Source: an uncultured bacterium
GTDB lineage: Bacteria > AUK180
DNA: 40,655 nt
NCBI GenBank assembly: GCA_937863565.1
Contig: CALMGJ010000005.1
Location: 1 to 40,655 of the forward strand
Direction: 5' to 3'
Shown here: positions 6,841-16,668 of the stretch, in pieces
How positions within the stretch are numbered: position 1 is the first letter of the stretch
Layout of the letters: each line of letters begins with the position of its first letter
Program-made: the position numbers and the translations under genes
The notes under the pieces: generated by a model
Told to the model about the DNA's origin: nothing
What the model saw: the letters and a program-made list of their open reading frames with translations, nothing else
The model's database searches: none

Positions 6841-9738
6841 TTACTTCAGGTCTTTCAGCATTTTTGCGGCTTTTTCCTTCACATTAGCATCCGATGCTTT
6901 ATCAAGTATGAGATCGAGCATCTTCTTTGCGCTTTTTTTGTCCCCTTTCTTTATATAGGTTTCAGCTATCTTGAACCGGGCGCTTTCCTCCCACATGGGA
7001 TAACCCTTGTATATGTATATGAGTTTCGTGAATTCCTCTATCGCTTTATCAAATTCTCCCGAGTTCAGATACAGCTCTCCGAGCCAGTATTCCGCTTCCA
7101 CCTGTTCTTTTTCCTTACCTTTAACGATAACGAAGGAATACATCTCCGCGGCTTTTTCAACAAGCCCCAGTATCTCATACACTTCACCAAGTTTGATGGC
7201 CGTTTCGTTCTTCAGGGAATTGTTCGCTGTCCCGCCGAACAGGGATTCCAGGCATTCGCGCGCTTTCTCGTATTCCCTGAGTTTTTTATATGAAAGGCCA
7301 AGGTTGAAAAGCGCATTCTCCTTGAGTTCGGATCCGGCATCCGCATCAAGCAATTTTCTGTAATTGAAGATCGCTTCCCGGTATTTCTCCTCATCGAAAA
7401 GGATGGACGTGATCTTGAAAAGGGCCATTGGTGCGAATTTCCCGGCACCGCTGTCCGCATAAAGCTCCTCGAACATGATATGGGCTTTATCCTTCTGGCC
7501 GCTCTTCAGTAAAGAAAGCGCACCGTAATACTTCGCCTCATAGATCTCTTTCGATCCGGGATATTTAACGATCAACTTCTGGAATTCCTCGAAGGCTTTA
7601 TCGTAGATCTCCTTGGCAAAATAGAACTGACCCTTGTTCAGCTGTATCTGGGGGGCGATCGCCGCATCCGGATATTTTTCCAGGAAATTGTCCGCCACAT
7701 CTATCGAATGCTGGTATTTCCCCATTTTAAAGAGGGTCCATTCATGATTGTACAATGCCCAGCCGCGGAGAGCTTCCGGAGCGGCTTGCAATTTCGAGAG
7801 CTTCTCGAAATGAGCGGCGGCTTTCTCGTACTCCTTATTATTGAAATAGATATCCCCGAGTTTCAACATCGCTTCGAAACGGAACGGATTTTCAGCATCC
7901 TCTGAGCACTTCGTGAAAAGTTCGGCCGCTTGAGGGTCGTCCTTCGCCTGATATGCCCATGCGGCGTAGAAGAGCGCTTCATGACCGTAAACGGGATGCG
8001 AGAACAGAGCGGAGAAATACTTGACCGCATTCCCGTATTCTTCCTTTTTATAATATGATTTCGCCAGAAAATACAGCGCTTCTGCTTTTATCTTCTCGTC
8101 GGCGGTCAGGTCCGACACTTCCCTGAAGCCTGCGATCGCTGCCTCATAAGCCCTGCTGTCGTACTGGATCTTGGCAAGCTCGTATTTGAACTCCAGATAG
8201 ACCGGGCCCGAGCGGAGTTTTTCAAGATACTTGCCAATCATCTCGTAAGCCTTTCCGGCCTCGCCCGTTCTGTAATATGACCATGCACCGTATCTTGTTC
8301 TTTCTGCGGCGTAATCACCGTCCGCCGAGATCTTCTCGCAGGCGGCCGCGGCGGCTTTGTAATCCCCCTTTCTGTACAGAGCAAGGCCTTTTGCGGCGAG
8401 TATAACATCATCGTCTTTCTTTAAGGATGCAAGGGCGGCCAGTGCTTTGTCGAATTCTTTAAGTTCGGTATGGCATCTCGAAAGTTTGATAAGTATGTTC
8501 CGTTTCATTTCATACGGGATATTACCCCCGGATGCTTTAGCGTAAAGGTCGGCCGCACGTTCAAAATCCCCGGTATTGAAAAAGATATCCGCGGTTAGTT
8601 CGATAAAAGCGGGGGCCTTTATACGGACAAGTTCTTTTTCAAGGACCGCAGAGAGCTCCTTCTCTTTTTTTTCCGCTGTCATAATGAGCGAAAACGTATT
8701 GTATGCCTGTAAGAGCTTTCCCTCTTCCTTTAATCCGCTCACCGCTTCATTAACGGCGGCCTTCGCTTTCTGAAGGTCGCCTTTTTTATAAAGGGCGAGT
8801 GCACGGTACAGGGAGACCTCTGCGGCAGTGATGTCCTTAGCTTCGCCAGGCATCCTTTCTGCGGCCTGCAGAGCCTCGTCATATTTGCCGCTTCTGTATC
8901 TGCTGTAGAACAGCCCTGTCAGGGCTCCTGCCTTGTATGTGGTCTTGAACTTCAATGCATAATCGTAATATCTCTCGGCATTCTTGTATTCAGACATGAA
9001 GAAATAGCACTCGGCAATGAAGAAGGTCGTTGATGCCACATCATGATCATTACGGTAACAGATCTCAAGTTCGGAAAGCGCTTTTCCATAATCGGATGAA
9101 CCGTAGTAGATCATCGCGAGCATGAAGCGCATCTCGTTCACATGAACGCCTTTCGGAAAATCCTCTAAATATTTCTCTATGATCTCTTTTTTCATATCGT
9201 CACGGCCGGTGAGATCGTATAATTTAGCGGTCTCCCTGTATGCGTCTTCAAGGACGGAGGAGGTGGGGTATTTCCCTATAAGCTCAAGAAGGTCCTTCTC
9301 CGCTTCATTGTATTTTTTTGTTTTGGCAAGATAAAGCCCGCTGTAGTAAAGGCCCTGATCGCGCAGAGGCCCGGTCTTGATCTCTTTCAGAACCGCGAAG
9401 CCCTTGTCGTAGGATTTCTTCCCGAAATATGAAAGTGCAAGGAAGATCTTTGCTTTATCCCTGTTCTTGAAATCAGGGTATTCGAATATGAGGTCATTGA
9501 GGTCCTTTGCCGCCGTTTCGTATTTTTGAAGGTAATAACAGGACAACCCTTTGATAAAAAGGGCTTTGTCCCTGTACGGCCCTCCCTCGGCAAGGTATTC
9601 GTTGGAGTATTTCAAAGACATCTCGTAGAATTTTTCATTGAAGGAATTGATCGCAAGAATGATCCTGTCGTCGCTCCTTACATTAAAGGCAAGGATCAGA
9701 AATAGAATTAAGGATACGCGTTTCAATGCTTTACTCAT
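6841..9738 (-). CDS. Large exported tetratricopeptide-repeat protein (BamD/CpoB-type TPRs)
   Basis: N-terminal signal or anchor and many A.F..G..Y...Y..A...F..L...YP TPR units over 965 aa. Confidence 0.9.
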   Translation of the reverse strand: MSKALKRVSLILFLILAFNVRSDDRIILAINSFNEKFYEMSLKYSNEYLAEGGPYRDKALFIKGLSCYYLQKYETAAKDLNDLIFEYPDFKNRDKAKIFLALSYFGKKSYDKGFAVLKEIKTGPLRDQGLYYSGLYLAKTKKYNEAEKDLLELIGKYPTSSVLEDAYRETAKLYDLTGRDDMKKEIIEKYLEDFPKGVHVNEMRFMLAMIYYGSSDYGKALSELEICYRNDHDVASTTFFIAECYFFMSEYKNAERYYDYALKFKTTYKAGALTGLFYSRYRSGKYDEALQAAERMPGEAKDITAAEVSLYRALALYKKGDLQKAKAAVNEAVSGLKEEGKLLQAYNTFSLIMTAEKKEKELSAVLEKELVRIKAPAFIELTADIFFNTGDFERAADLYAKASGGNIPYEMKRNILIKLSRCHTELKEFDKALAALASLKKDDDVILAAKGLALYRKGDYKAAAAACEKISADGDYAAERTRYGAWSYYRTGEAGKAYEMIGKYLEKLRSGPVYLEFKYELAKIQYDSRAYEAAIAGFREVSDLTADEKIKAEALYFLAKSYYKKEEYGNAVKYFSALFSHPVYGHEALFYAAWAYQAKDDPQAAELFTKCSEDAENPFRFEAMLKLGDIYFNNKEYEKAAAHFEKLSKLQAAPEALRGWALYNHEWTLFKMGKYQHSIDVADNFLEKYPDAAIAPQIQLNKGQFYFAKEIYDKAFEEFQKLIVKYPGSKEIYEAKYYGALSLLKSGQKDKAHIMFEELYADSGAGKFAPMALFKITSILFDEEKYREAIFNYRKLLDADAGSELKENALFNLGLSYKKLREYEKARECLESLFGGTANNSLKNETAIKLGEVYEILGLVEKAAEMYSFVIVKGKEKEQVEAEYWLGELYLNSGEFDKAIEEFTKLIYIYKGYPMWEESARFKIAETYIKKGDKKSAKKMLDLILDKASDANVKEKAAKMLKDLK

Positions 9739-10381
9739 ATGCCTGCAGGGCTTTCAGGGCGCACTCCGGAATGTAGCGTATGCGATCGATATACGCCATT
9801 GCCGCCTTATCGCCTCCCGTAGCATAAACGTCCCCATATGTCCCGTATATTCTATCAAAAAAAGAACGGTAGACCAAATCGGCCCCGCAAAGGATATTCT
9901 CTTTTGTATCCTTTCCGATTTTCTTCCTTCGCGGAATGCCTGACACCTCGGGAAGGTCGCCGATCGAGGAAACTGCGCCGAGATAGATCCTTATCGAGGG
10001 AACGATGAAACCTCCCTCGAGTATTCCCTTCTTCACAATATTAACGGTATACGCCGTTCCGAGGTCAACGAGCACGAAATCCTTCTTCCCGCGTTCTCTC
10101 ATTATATATTCGCAACCTAGAAGACGATCAATACCGATCCGTGCAGGCACGGCATAGCCGTTTTTGATATATCTCATGTCCGCCGGAACGACCTTTTCCG
10201 GGCGCATGCCTTTCAATTCGGCAATGATCCGCTTTTCGGCAAAGCGGTTCGTTGAGAAGTATATAATGCGCTCAGCGCCGGAATACCTAAGGGAGGAAGC
10301 ATCGGAAAGATCCGCGATCTTTCCGCTTCTCATGATCTTCACCGAATAATTCCCTATTTTAAGAAAGACCGTGCTATTCAT
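9731..10381 (-). CDS. coaX: Type III pantothenate kinase (divergent)
   Basis: IGIDR, VDLGTA, GGFIVP and ATGGD motifs, adjacent to birA. The first motif reads KIGNY instead of DxGNT. Confidence 0.8.
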   Translation of the reverse strand: MNSTVFLKIGNYSVKIMRSGKIADLSDASSLRYSGAERIIYFSTNRFAEKRIIAELKGMRPEKVVPADMRYIKNGYAVPARIGIDRLLGCEYIMRERGKKDFVLVDLGTAYTVNIVKKGILEGGFIVPSIRIYLGAVSSIGDLPEVSGIPRRKKIGKDTKENILCGADLVYRSFFDRIYGTYGDVYATGGDKAAMAYIDRIRYIPECALKALQAYE

Positions 10382-11324
10382 AAGAGATCACTTCTCCGCT
10401 TAAGACCTTCTCGATCGCTCCGCGTGATGTTCTCAGAAGCATCCCCCCGTCCGGCGAAAAGCCGCTGAGGCGTCCCGAAGCGGTGCGCACACCCCTCCGG
10501 ACGGTCACGATCCTCCCTTTCATCACGCTTCTTCTAGACCATTCGGAGCGCATGCTTTCCGTCACGGTGCGGTCCCTCAGCATCTTCTCGAAATTCCGTA
10601 TGAATTGTTTCAATATTCTTACATTATCCGCTTTGCAGCCCTTCGCCTCCCTGTTCACGGAGACGGCATTAAGCTTTTTCGGGAAGCGCGAAACCCCCGT
10701 ATTTATGCCTATGCCGCAGATGAGATGCTTTATGGAACGCCGGTCCTCTATAAGTATCCCCCCTGTTTTTTTATTTCCTATCATGATATCATTAGGCCAT
10801 TTGATCGAGATGCGGACACGGGGACAGACCTTCTCGATGCTTTTAGCAGCGCAAAGCGCAAGGGCCATGTTCAAAGCAGCGGTGCCGAATCCGCCAAGCG
10901 TGGAGCGCTTCACCGCCAGAGTGAACCACAATCCTCCTTCGGGAGAATACCAGACCCTTCCCTGTCTTCCGCGTCCGGCCGTCTGCGAAGCGGCAACAAG
11001 GATGAAATCATCTCCTTCATGCTTACAGATATCGTATGCCATATCATTGGTACTGCCTACTTCCCTGAAAACGTAAATACGTTTGAAAAGCGATGAGCCG
11101 ACAAGATCTAAAAACCTGTATCTGAAGACTTCGGGAATATGTTCAATATAAAGATACAGCCCTTTTTTCTTAAGGATGCATCCGAGCTTTTCTAACTTCC
11201 CCAAAAGATCGTCCATCACGGAACGCGGGAATTTCGCCGTAAGTTCTTTAAGTGCTATCCGGCCGCCTTCATTAATTTCGGCGATCTTAAGGAATTTCTC
11301 CAGATCGTTGATCAGCCCTCCCAC
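10374..11324 (-). CDS. birA: Biotin--protein ligase with an N-terminal HTH-like region
   Basis: STN, QTAGRGRQGRVW, KWPND, KTGGILIE and GIGIN. Start uncertain; GTG at 11324 chosen because the ORF-track start overlaps EIIA by 88 nt. Confidence 0.9.
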   Translation of the reverse strand: MGGLINDLEKFLKIAEINEGGRIALKELTAKFPRSVMDDLLGKLEKLGCILKKKGLYLYIEHIPEVFRYRFLDLVGSSLFKRIYVFREVGSTNDMAYDICKHEGDDFILVAASQTAGRGRQGRVWYSPEGGLWFTLAVKRSTLGGFGTAALNMALALCAAKSIEKVCPRVRISIKWPNDIMIGNKKTGGILIEDRRSIKHLICGIGINTGVSRFPKKLNAVSVNREAKGCKADNVRILKQFIRNFEKMLRDRTVTESMRSEWSRRSVMKGRIVTVRRGVRTASGRLSGFSPDGGMLLRTSRGAIEKVLSGEVISYE

Positions 11325-11761
11325 TTCTTTATGATATCTATGATCTCCTGTTCTGTCCGGGCAGCGAGGAGAGCTTCGCGATTCTCGGCATAGGAACACA
11401 TCCTGGATATCCTTGAAAGAAGCGGCAAATACGCCTTGTCATTACGTTTCGCGCCGATAAAGAAGATCAGTTTTGAAGGTTGTCCGTCAATTGAGTCGAA
11501 TTGGGCTCCCTGTTTGGATATCCCGAAAAGAAGGAATATTTCCGATATGAAATTGTCCCTAATATGAGGAATGGCCACGCCTTTTTCCAGAGCTGACGAA
11601 CCGAGATTTTCAAGTTCGAGTATCTTGTTATAGAACATTTCCTTATCGCCGATGCATCCTAACCGGCCGCCCAGTTCTATGAGTTCTTTAAGCACCTCCT
11701 CCTTTGTAGATCCTTTCAGATCGACAATGATGCTTTCCCTTTTCAGAAGTTCCGATATCAT
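11312..11761 (-). CDS. PTS EIIA-type protein (EIIA-Ntr/Fru family), stand-alone
   Basis: GSSALEKGVAIPH (phospho-His), FDSIDGQPSKLIFFI and LLSRISR. Confidence 0.9.
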   Translation of the reverse strand: MISELLKRESIIVDLKGSTKEEVLKELIELGGRLGCIGDKEMFYNKILELENLGSSALEKGVAIPHIRDNFISEIFLLFGISKQGAQFDSIDGQPSKLIFFIGAKRNDKAYLPLLSRISRMCSYAENREALLAARTEQEIIDIIKKWEG

Positions 11762-11770
11762 TTCATTCTC

Positions 11771-12196
11771 CTATATGATCATGATCATAGCATCAGAATC
11801 CATCATAAGATGTTCAACAACCTTTTCTTTAGCCTGCATACGCATGCCGTCAGCTTCCCGCCTTGAGAACAGTACAAGTTCAATGCCATATTCTTTCACA
11901 GCGCCGATAAGGTCCTTGACGGAGTTTCCGATTTTCAGGGATATCCTTAGATTGATGCCTTTTTTCTTGAATTCTTCCTGGAAGAAATAAAGCGCGCTCC
12001 AGCCCTCTTCCTCGAGTTCGGAAATGAGCGCATTGTGATCCTTTCCCATAGAGCGTGCTACCAGCATTGCCGCTTCCTCTTCGATAAGCCTGACAAGATA
12101 GAATTGGCCTCCTTTGTAGTCGTAATTGTCTATTTTTTTCAAAATATCTTCTATATCTTCGCTCTGAATAAAGGGTATCAGGATCCTACGCATCAT
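11771..12196 (-). CDS. Universal stress protein (Usp)-like
   Basis: RRILIP start, IGNSVKDLIGAVKEYGIELVLF and VVEHLMMDSDAMIMII end; size fits the Usp fold. Confidence 0.7.
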   Translation of the reverse strand: MMRRILIPFIQSEDIEDILKKIDNYDYKGGQFYLVRLIEEEAAMLVARSMGKDHNALISELEEEGWSALYFFQEEFKKKGINLRISLKIGNSVKDLIGAVKEYGIELVLFSRREADGMRMQAKEKVVEHLMMDSDAMIMII

Positions 12197-12812
12197 CTCT
12201 CTTTCCCTCCTTTATCTTCTTCTTCTGCACGAATTCCTCCCTCTCTTTTTCTTCGAGTTCGCCTCTCATCCTCTTTATTATAGTTTCGTATTTCGGTATG
12301 AAAATATTCTCCAGTGAGCGCACTCTTTTCGCTGTCTTGTTTATCTCGATGAGCATGGAATAAAGCGTAGAATAAAGCCTGAGCCATTCCGAAAGCATTT
12401 CAAAAAGCGATTCCGCTTCATTTTTTAGAACATCTTTTGAAGGACCTATTCCTTCCAGCGAATCCTGGAATGCCATACCCTCGAGCATGTCCACGGAAAT
12501 GGAATAATCGAATGTGCCGAACATGTGTTTCATTTCGAACTCTAATTTGAAAAGTTCGTTCTTCCCCGGCTCAAAATAATTGGTCTTCAGGATCTCCACC
12601 AGGTCGTCATTATACTTAAGGAATCTCTCCGTGGTCTTTTCGTTCACCTTTTCGAACCTGAAACGCAATCTGGTAAGTTCGCTCATGAGGAGCTCCTTTT
12701 TCTCCTTGAGGATCTCCCATCCTCCCCGGAAGACCTCAAGCTCCTCCGAGAGTATCATCAGATTCGATTTCGTTGAAGGAAGTTTAGCGGGATCCGCCAT
12801 AGTTCTCCTCAA
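12186..12812 (-). CDS. atpD: V/A-type ATP synthase subunit D
   Basis: PSTKSNL, GWEILKEKKELL and EINKTAKRVRSLENIFIP...ELEEKEREEF. Confidence 0.95.
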   Translation of the reverse strand: MRRTMADPAKLPSTKSNLMILSEELEVFRGGWEILKEKKELLMSELTRLRFRFEKVNEKTTERFLKYNDDLVEILKTNYFEPGKNELFKLEFEMKHMFGTFDYSISVDMLEGMAFQDSLEGIGPSKDVLKNEAESLFEMLSEWLRLYSTLYSMLIEINKTAKRVRSLENIFIPKYETIIKRMRGELEEKEREEFVQKKKIKEGKRDDA

Positions 12813-14163
12813 GTTCCTTGTCGGTGAATTTATTCAACTCCTTTCTCGGAAGTATTCTCAGCATCTCCCAGGCCTTCATCAGCGTGACATCGATCGTCCG
12901 GCCCTCCGTGCCCTGATGTATGAATTCCTTTTCCAGGCTTGCAGCGAACCTCAGATATGCCCTGTCCGTTTCCGAGAGTTCCTCTTCGCCGATGACGTTC
13001 GCGATCATCCTTATGTTCTTGGCGTGCGCATACGATGCGTATACTTGTGCGGCAAGATGGGGATGCTCCGGAGTAGTGTATTTCTCCCCTATGCCGTCCT
13101 TCATGAGACGCGAAAGAGAGGTGAGAATATCGATCGGGGGGAAAACGCCCGCGATATTGAGTTCCCTGGAAAGAACGATCTGTCCTTCCGTTATATAGCC
13201 CGTCATATCGGGAACAGGGTGCGTGATGTCGTCATTGGGCATTGTGAGTATCGGTATCTGGGAAATGGACCCCTTTACTCCCTTTATCCTTCCGGCCCTC
13301 TCGTAGATGGATGCCAGATCGGAATAAAGATAACCCGGATATCCTTTCCTTGAAGGGACTTCGGAACGGGCCGACGATATCTCCCTCAGGGCTTCGCAGT
13401 AATTCGTCATATCCGAAAGGATAACGAGCACCTCATACCCCAGCTCGAAAGCGAAATACTCGGCAACGGTCAGAGCCGTTCTCGGTATGATCAGCCTCTC
13501 CATGGGCGGATCGTCGGCGAGATTGAAAAAAAGAACTACATTGTCAAGTTTGCCTTCTTTTTCAAAACTCGCGTAGTATTTCATCGCATCATCGTTCTTG
13601 ATACCCATTGCGGCAAAGATCACTATGAAATTGCCCGATGAATCCTTGATCTTTGCGTTCTTCGCGATCTCGAGAGCGATCTCGTTATGGGGAAGACCGC
13701 TTCCGGAAAAAATAGGCAATTTTTGCCCTCTGATCAATGTTATCAGCGAATCCACCGCGGATATCCCGGTTTCGATATAATCCCTGGGATACGCCCTGCG
13801 GACCGGATTTATCGGCACGCCGTTGATATCACGTGTCTCATCCGAAATGATCTCGCCGAGACCGTCCCTCGGGCGGCAGTACGGATCGAATATCCTCCCC
13901 TTCATGCCGGCGGAAACCGGTATCCTGAAAGGTTCATAGTCGAAGCGTATCCTCGTATCCTTCGCGTTCAGGTCCTTCGTACCTTCGAATACCTGGATCA
14001 GAGCCAGATCGTTCTCTAGCTGAAGCACCTTTCCCTGCTTCTTCCTTCCATCGGGCATCGTTATGCGCACGAAAACGCCGAACGGGATATCCGAAACCCC
14101 TCTCACTGCCAAAAGGGGACCCCAGATCTTTTCGCAATTCTTGTACAGTATCTGATATCTCAT
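12784..14163 (-). CDS. atpB: V/A-type ATP synthase subunit B
   Basis: RGQKLPIFSGSGLPHN, GYPGYLYSDLASIYERAG and PNDDITHPVPDMTGYITEGQ. Confidence 0.97.
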   Translation of the reverse strand: MRYQILYKNCEKIWGPLLAVRGVSDIPFGVFVRITMPDGRKKQGKVLQLENDLALIQVFEGTKDLNAKDTRIRFDYEPFRIPVSAGMKGRIFDPYCRPRDGLGEIISDETRDINGVPINPVRRAYPRDYIETGISAVDSLITLIRGQKLPIFSGSGLPHNEIALEIAKNAKIKDSSGNFIVIFAAMGIKNDDAMKYYASFEKEGKLDNVVLFFNLADDPPMERLIIPRTALTVAEYFAFELGYEVLVILSDMTNYCEALREISSARSEVPSRKGYPGYLYSDLASIYERAGRIKGVKGSISQIPILTMPNDDITHPVPDMTGYITEGQIVLSRELNIAGVFPPIDILTSLSRLMKDGIGEKYTTPEHPHLAAQVYASYAHAKNIRMIANVIGEEELSETDRAYLRFAASLEKEFIHQGTEGRTIDVTLMKAWEMLRILPRKELNKFTDKELEENYGGSR

Positions 14164-14167
14164 ATTA

Positions 14168-15859
14168 CTACGCTAATTCAATCAATTCACCCCTGATCGA
14201 AGAAAGAGCGTTCTCGATCTCATCAGAGGGAAATTTCATGAATTTAAGTTTTACGATCTTTTCGATCGCAGGCAGGCCGCTTATCTTGTAATACGAAACG
14301 CTTTTTTTCAATTTGTCAGAGGCCGTATCGTAGAAATCGGTAATAGCTCTTGCGATCGCGATCTGTTTTTCGATCACACAATAAGCATCGTTCTCATCGT
14401 AAGAGTTCTGCTGAAGAAAGCCTTTTTTCACAAGATCACCTGCAAGAATGGAAAGCTTCTGCTTATCCGGAAGAGATTCGAATCCAACAATTTTCACTAT
14501 ATTCTCGAGGTGGTCAGCCTCCTGAAGGATGTCCTTGATCTTCTGGCGGAGAAAAGCCCAATCGGTTTTGGAATTGTCAAGCCACCAGCCCTCGAGGTCG
14601 GGAATGTATTCCGAATAACTCTGGTTCCAGGAAACGGCAGGGAAATGCCTTTCAGATGCGAGGTCCTTATCGAGCACCCAAAAGGACTTGATGTACCTTT
14701 TCGTCTGCTGGGTCACCGGCTCGGAAAAATCGCCGCCCTGCGGAGAGACCGCACCGATAGCCGTGATAGTGCCTTTCCTTCCGGAAAGACAAAGGTAATT
14801 GCCGGCGCGCTCATAATATTCGGCAAGCCTGGAAGCGAGATATGCGGGATATCCCTCTTCTGCAGGGATCTCTTCAAGACGAGAGGAGATCTCCCTGAGC
14901 GCTTCGGCCCAGCGCGAAGTAGAATCGGCGAGGATCACGACATCGTATCCCATATCCCTGTAGTATTCCGCAATGGTTATACCCGTATATATGCTTGATT
15001 CCCTGGCGGTAACCGGCATATTGGAAGTATTGGCGATGATGATGGTGCGTTCCATAAGCGGTCTTTCCGTCCTTGGATCGTTCAATTCCGGGAATTCTTC
15101 GAGTATCTGGGCTATCTCATTGCCTCTTTCCCCGCATCCAATATAGATGACGATGTCGGCATTGCCCCATTTGGCTATCGAATGTTGAATGATCGTTTTT
15201 CCCGCGCCGAAGCCACCGGGAACGGCCGCACATCCACCCCTGCCGAGCGGAAAGATGAAATCCAGGACGCGCTGGCCGGAGAAGAATGGTTCGGCGATCC
15301 CGAGTCTTTCCTTGAACGGACGCCTTTCCCTTACGGGCCAGTCATGAAAAAGCCCTATTTTCTCTATAGCACCTGAGACAGTGCGTATCTCGGCTACGGT
15401 GTCTCCGGGGGCGGCCGGGCCGCCTTGAATTTTCACAAGATCACCCGTTATTCCGGGAGGGACCATGATGCAATGTTTGATGCCGTATTCCGGTACGCTG
15501 CCCAGCACCGTTCCGGGAAAGACCTTTTCTTCGGGGGTAACCGCGGGGGAGAAATTGAAAACGGCCGGAGCCGCGGCGGGCGAAGGCCCTGTGCTGAGGG
15601 GAATGCCGAGCCCGGAAAGGATCGAGCCGATCAGTCCGGGGCCGAGCCGGATCGAAAGCGGACGCCCTTTGCCGTATACATCCTGCCCTATCTTGAGGCC
15701 GTCCGTATTGTCGTATATCTGGACCGTGGCCGAGGATCTCGAGACATCGATCACTTCTCCGATCAGTTTTCCCGGTCCGGCCTCGACCATTTCCTTTACT
15801 TTGACGCTGCCGTCGTCATGACACTTAAGTATAGGTCCGTTGATCTTATAGATCTTCAT
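14168..15859 (-). CDS. atpA: V/A-type ATP synthase catalytic subunit A
   Basis: Walker A PGGFGAGKT, GCGERGNE, NTSNMPV, ADSTSRWAEALRE and GGDFSEPVTQ. Confidence 0.97.
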   Translation of the reverse strand: MKIYKINGPILKCHDDGSVKVKEMVEAGPGKLIGEVIDVSRSSATVQIYDNTDGLKIGQDVYGKGRPLSIRLGPGLIGSILSGLGIPLSTGPSPAAAPAVFNFSPAVTPEEKVFPGTVLGSVPEYGIKHCIMVPPGITGDLVKIQGGPAAPGDTVAEIRTVSGAIEKIGLFHDWPVRERRPFKERLGIAEPFFSGQRVLDFIFPLGRGGCAAVPGGFGAGKTIIQHSIAKWGNADIVIYIGCGERGNEIAQILEEFPELNDPRTERPLMERTIIIANTSNMPVTARESSIYTGITIAEYYRDMGYDVVILADSTSRWAEALREISSRLEEIPAEEGYPAYLASRLAEYYERAGNYLCLSGRKGTITAIGAVSPQGGDFSEPVTQQTKRYIKSFWVLDKDLASERHFPAVSWNQSYSEYIPDLEGWWLDNSKTDWAFLRQKIKDILQEADHLENIVKIVGFESLPDKQKLSILAGDLVKKGFLQQNSYDENDAYCVIEKQIAIARAITDFYDTASDKLKKSVSYYKISGLPAIEKIVKLKFMKFPSDEIENALSSIRGELIELA

Positions 15860-16385
15860 ATTCTTTCAGTATCTCGCTGTGAATGATCTTCATTGCCGTT
15901 TTTCTCACTTCCTCTTTAAGGAAAATATCGCTGCAGTCGATCTCGAGCGATCCGTCTGCGGCGAGGATCCTGAAACCGTAAGAGAAATCCCCTGTTTCGA
16001 ATTCCTTCTTGCCGTGCAAATGTCCCAAAAGGACAGAAGGGGATTTCAGGCCCGACGCCTGCGAGCGGGCCGCCTTTAAGACTTCGGAGGTCCCTTTTTC
16101 CGATAGAAGGTAGGCGAGGTAATCTTTTGTTAGGACATCTATGAAGCCGTTCATCTCCCGTTCAAGCATCATTTTCAGAGCATGAGATAAACCTGTCTTC
16201 ACGCGTTTTATCTCACCCTGAAAACGGTCGGCAAGGCGATGCTCTTCCTCAGTGCTTTTCATGATGTACTCATTGAGCACATCTTCCCTTTTTCGCTTGA
16301 AAGTGTTCTGGAGCACCCTTTTCTTGCTTTCCCATTTTTTTTCGGTCTCCGTCACCATTTGAACTCTCAGCATTTCAATGTCCAT
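15846..16385 (-). CDS. atpE: V/A-type ATP synthase subunit E (divergent)
   Basis: Position between F and A, N-terminal coiled coil, and C-terminal GFRILAADGSLEIDCS (GG..l...dG.i..Dns-like). Confidence 0.8.
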   Translation of the reverse strand: MDIEMLRVQMVTETEKKWESKKRVLQNTFKRKREDVLNEYIMKSTEEEHRLADRFQGEIKRVKTGLSHALKMMLEREMNGFIDVLTKDYLAYLLSEKGTSEVLKAARSQASGLKSPSVLLGHLHGKKEFETGDFSYGFRILAADGSLEIDCSDIFLKEEVRKTAMKIIHSEILKEYEDL

Positions 16386-16386
16386 C

Positions 16387-16668
16387 TCAAGTGCTCCTTG
16401 ATACTTTATTAATGAGTAAGTCCATTATCCCTTTCAGTACGGCCCCCCGGTTTTTCCTGTCCGGGATAGGGATGAAAGCCTTCCTCGCTTTCAGGTCGAT
16501 CATATCCTTCATTTCATTGAAGAGGGTCTCAGTGATCATCACTACTTTGATCTCTTCGTCCGACAGGATGCCGGAAAGTGTAGCCGGGTCAGCGGAAACT
16601 ACTACATTGAATCCCAAGGATTCGTAGTATTTAAAAAATCCGTCATCCGTCAGAAGCACATGGTTCAT
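16387..16668 (-). CDS. atpF: V/A-type ATP synthase subunit F
   Basis: 93 aa with VVMITE and IPIPD motifs; operon position fits. Confidence 0.85.
   Translation of the reverse strand: MNHVLLTDDGFFKYYESLGFNVVVSADPATLSGILSDEEIKVVMITETLFNEMKDMIDLKARKAFIPIPDRKNRGAVLKGIMDLLINKVSRST

Noticed and set aside
11325-11399. ORF-track N-terminus of BirA (MFLCRESRSS...)
   Set aside because: It lies inside the EIIA coding sequence in another frame and does not look protein-like.
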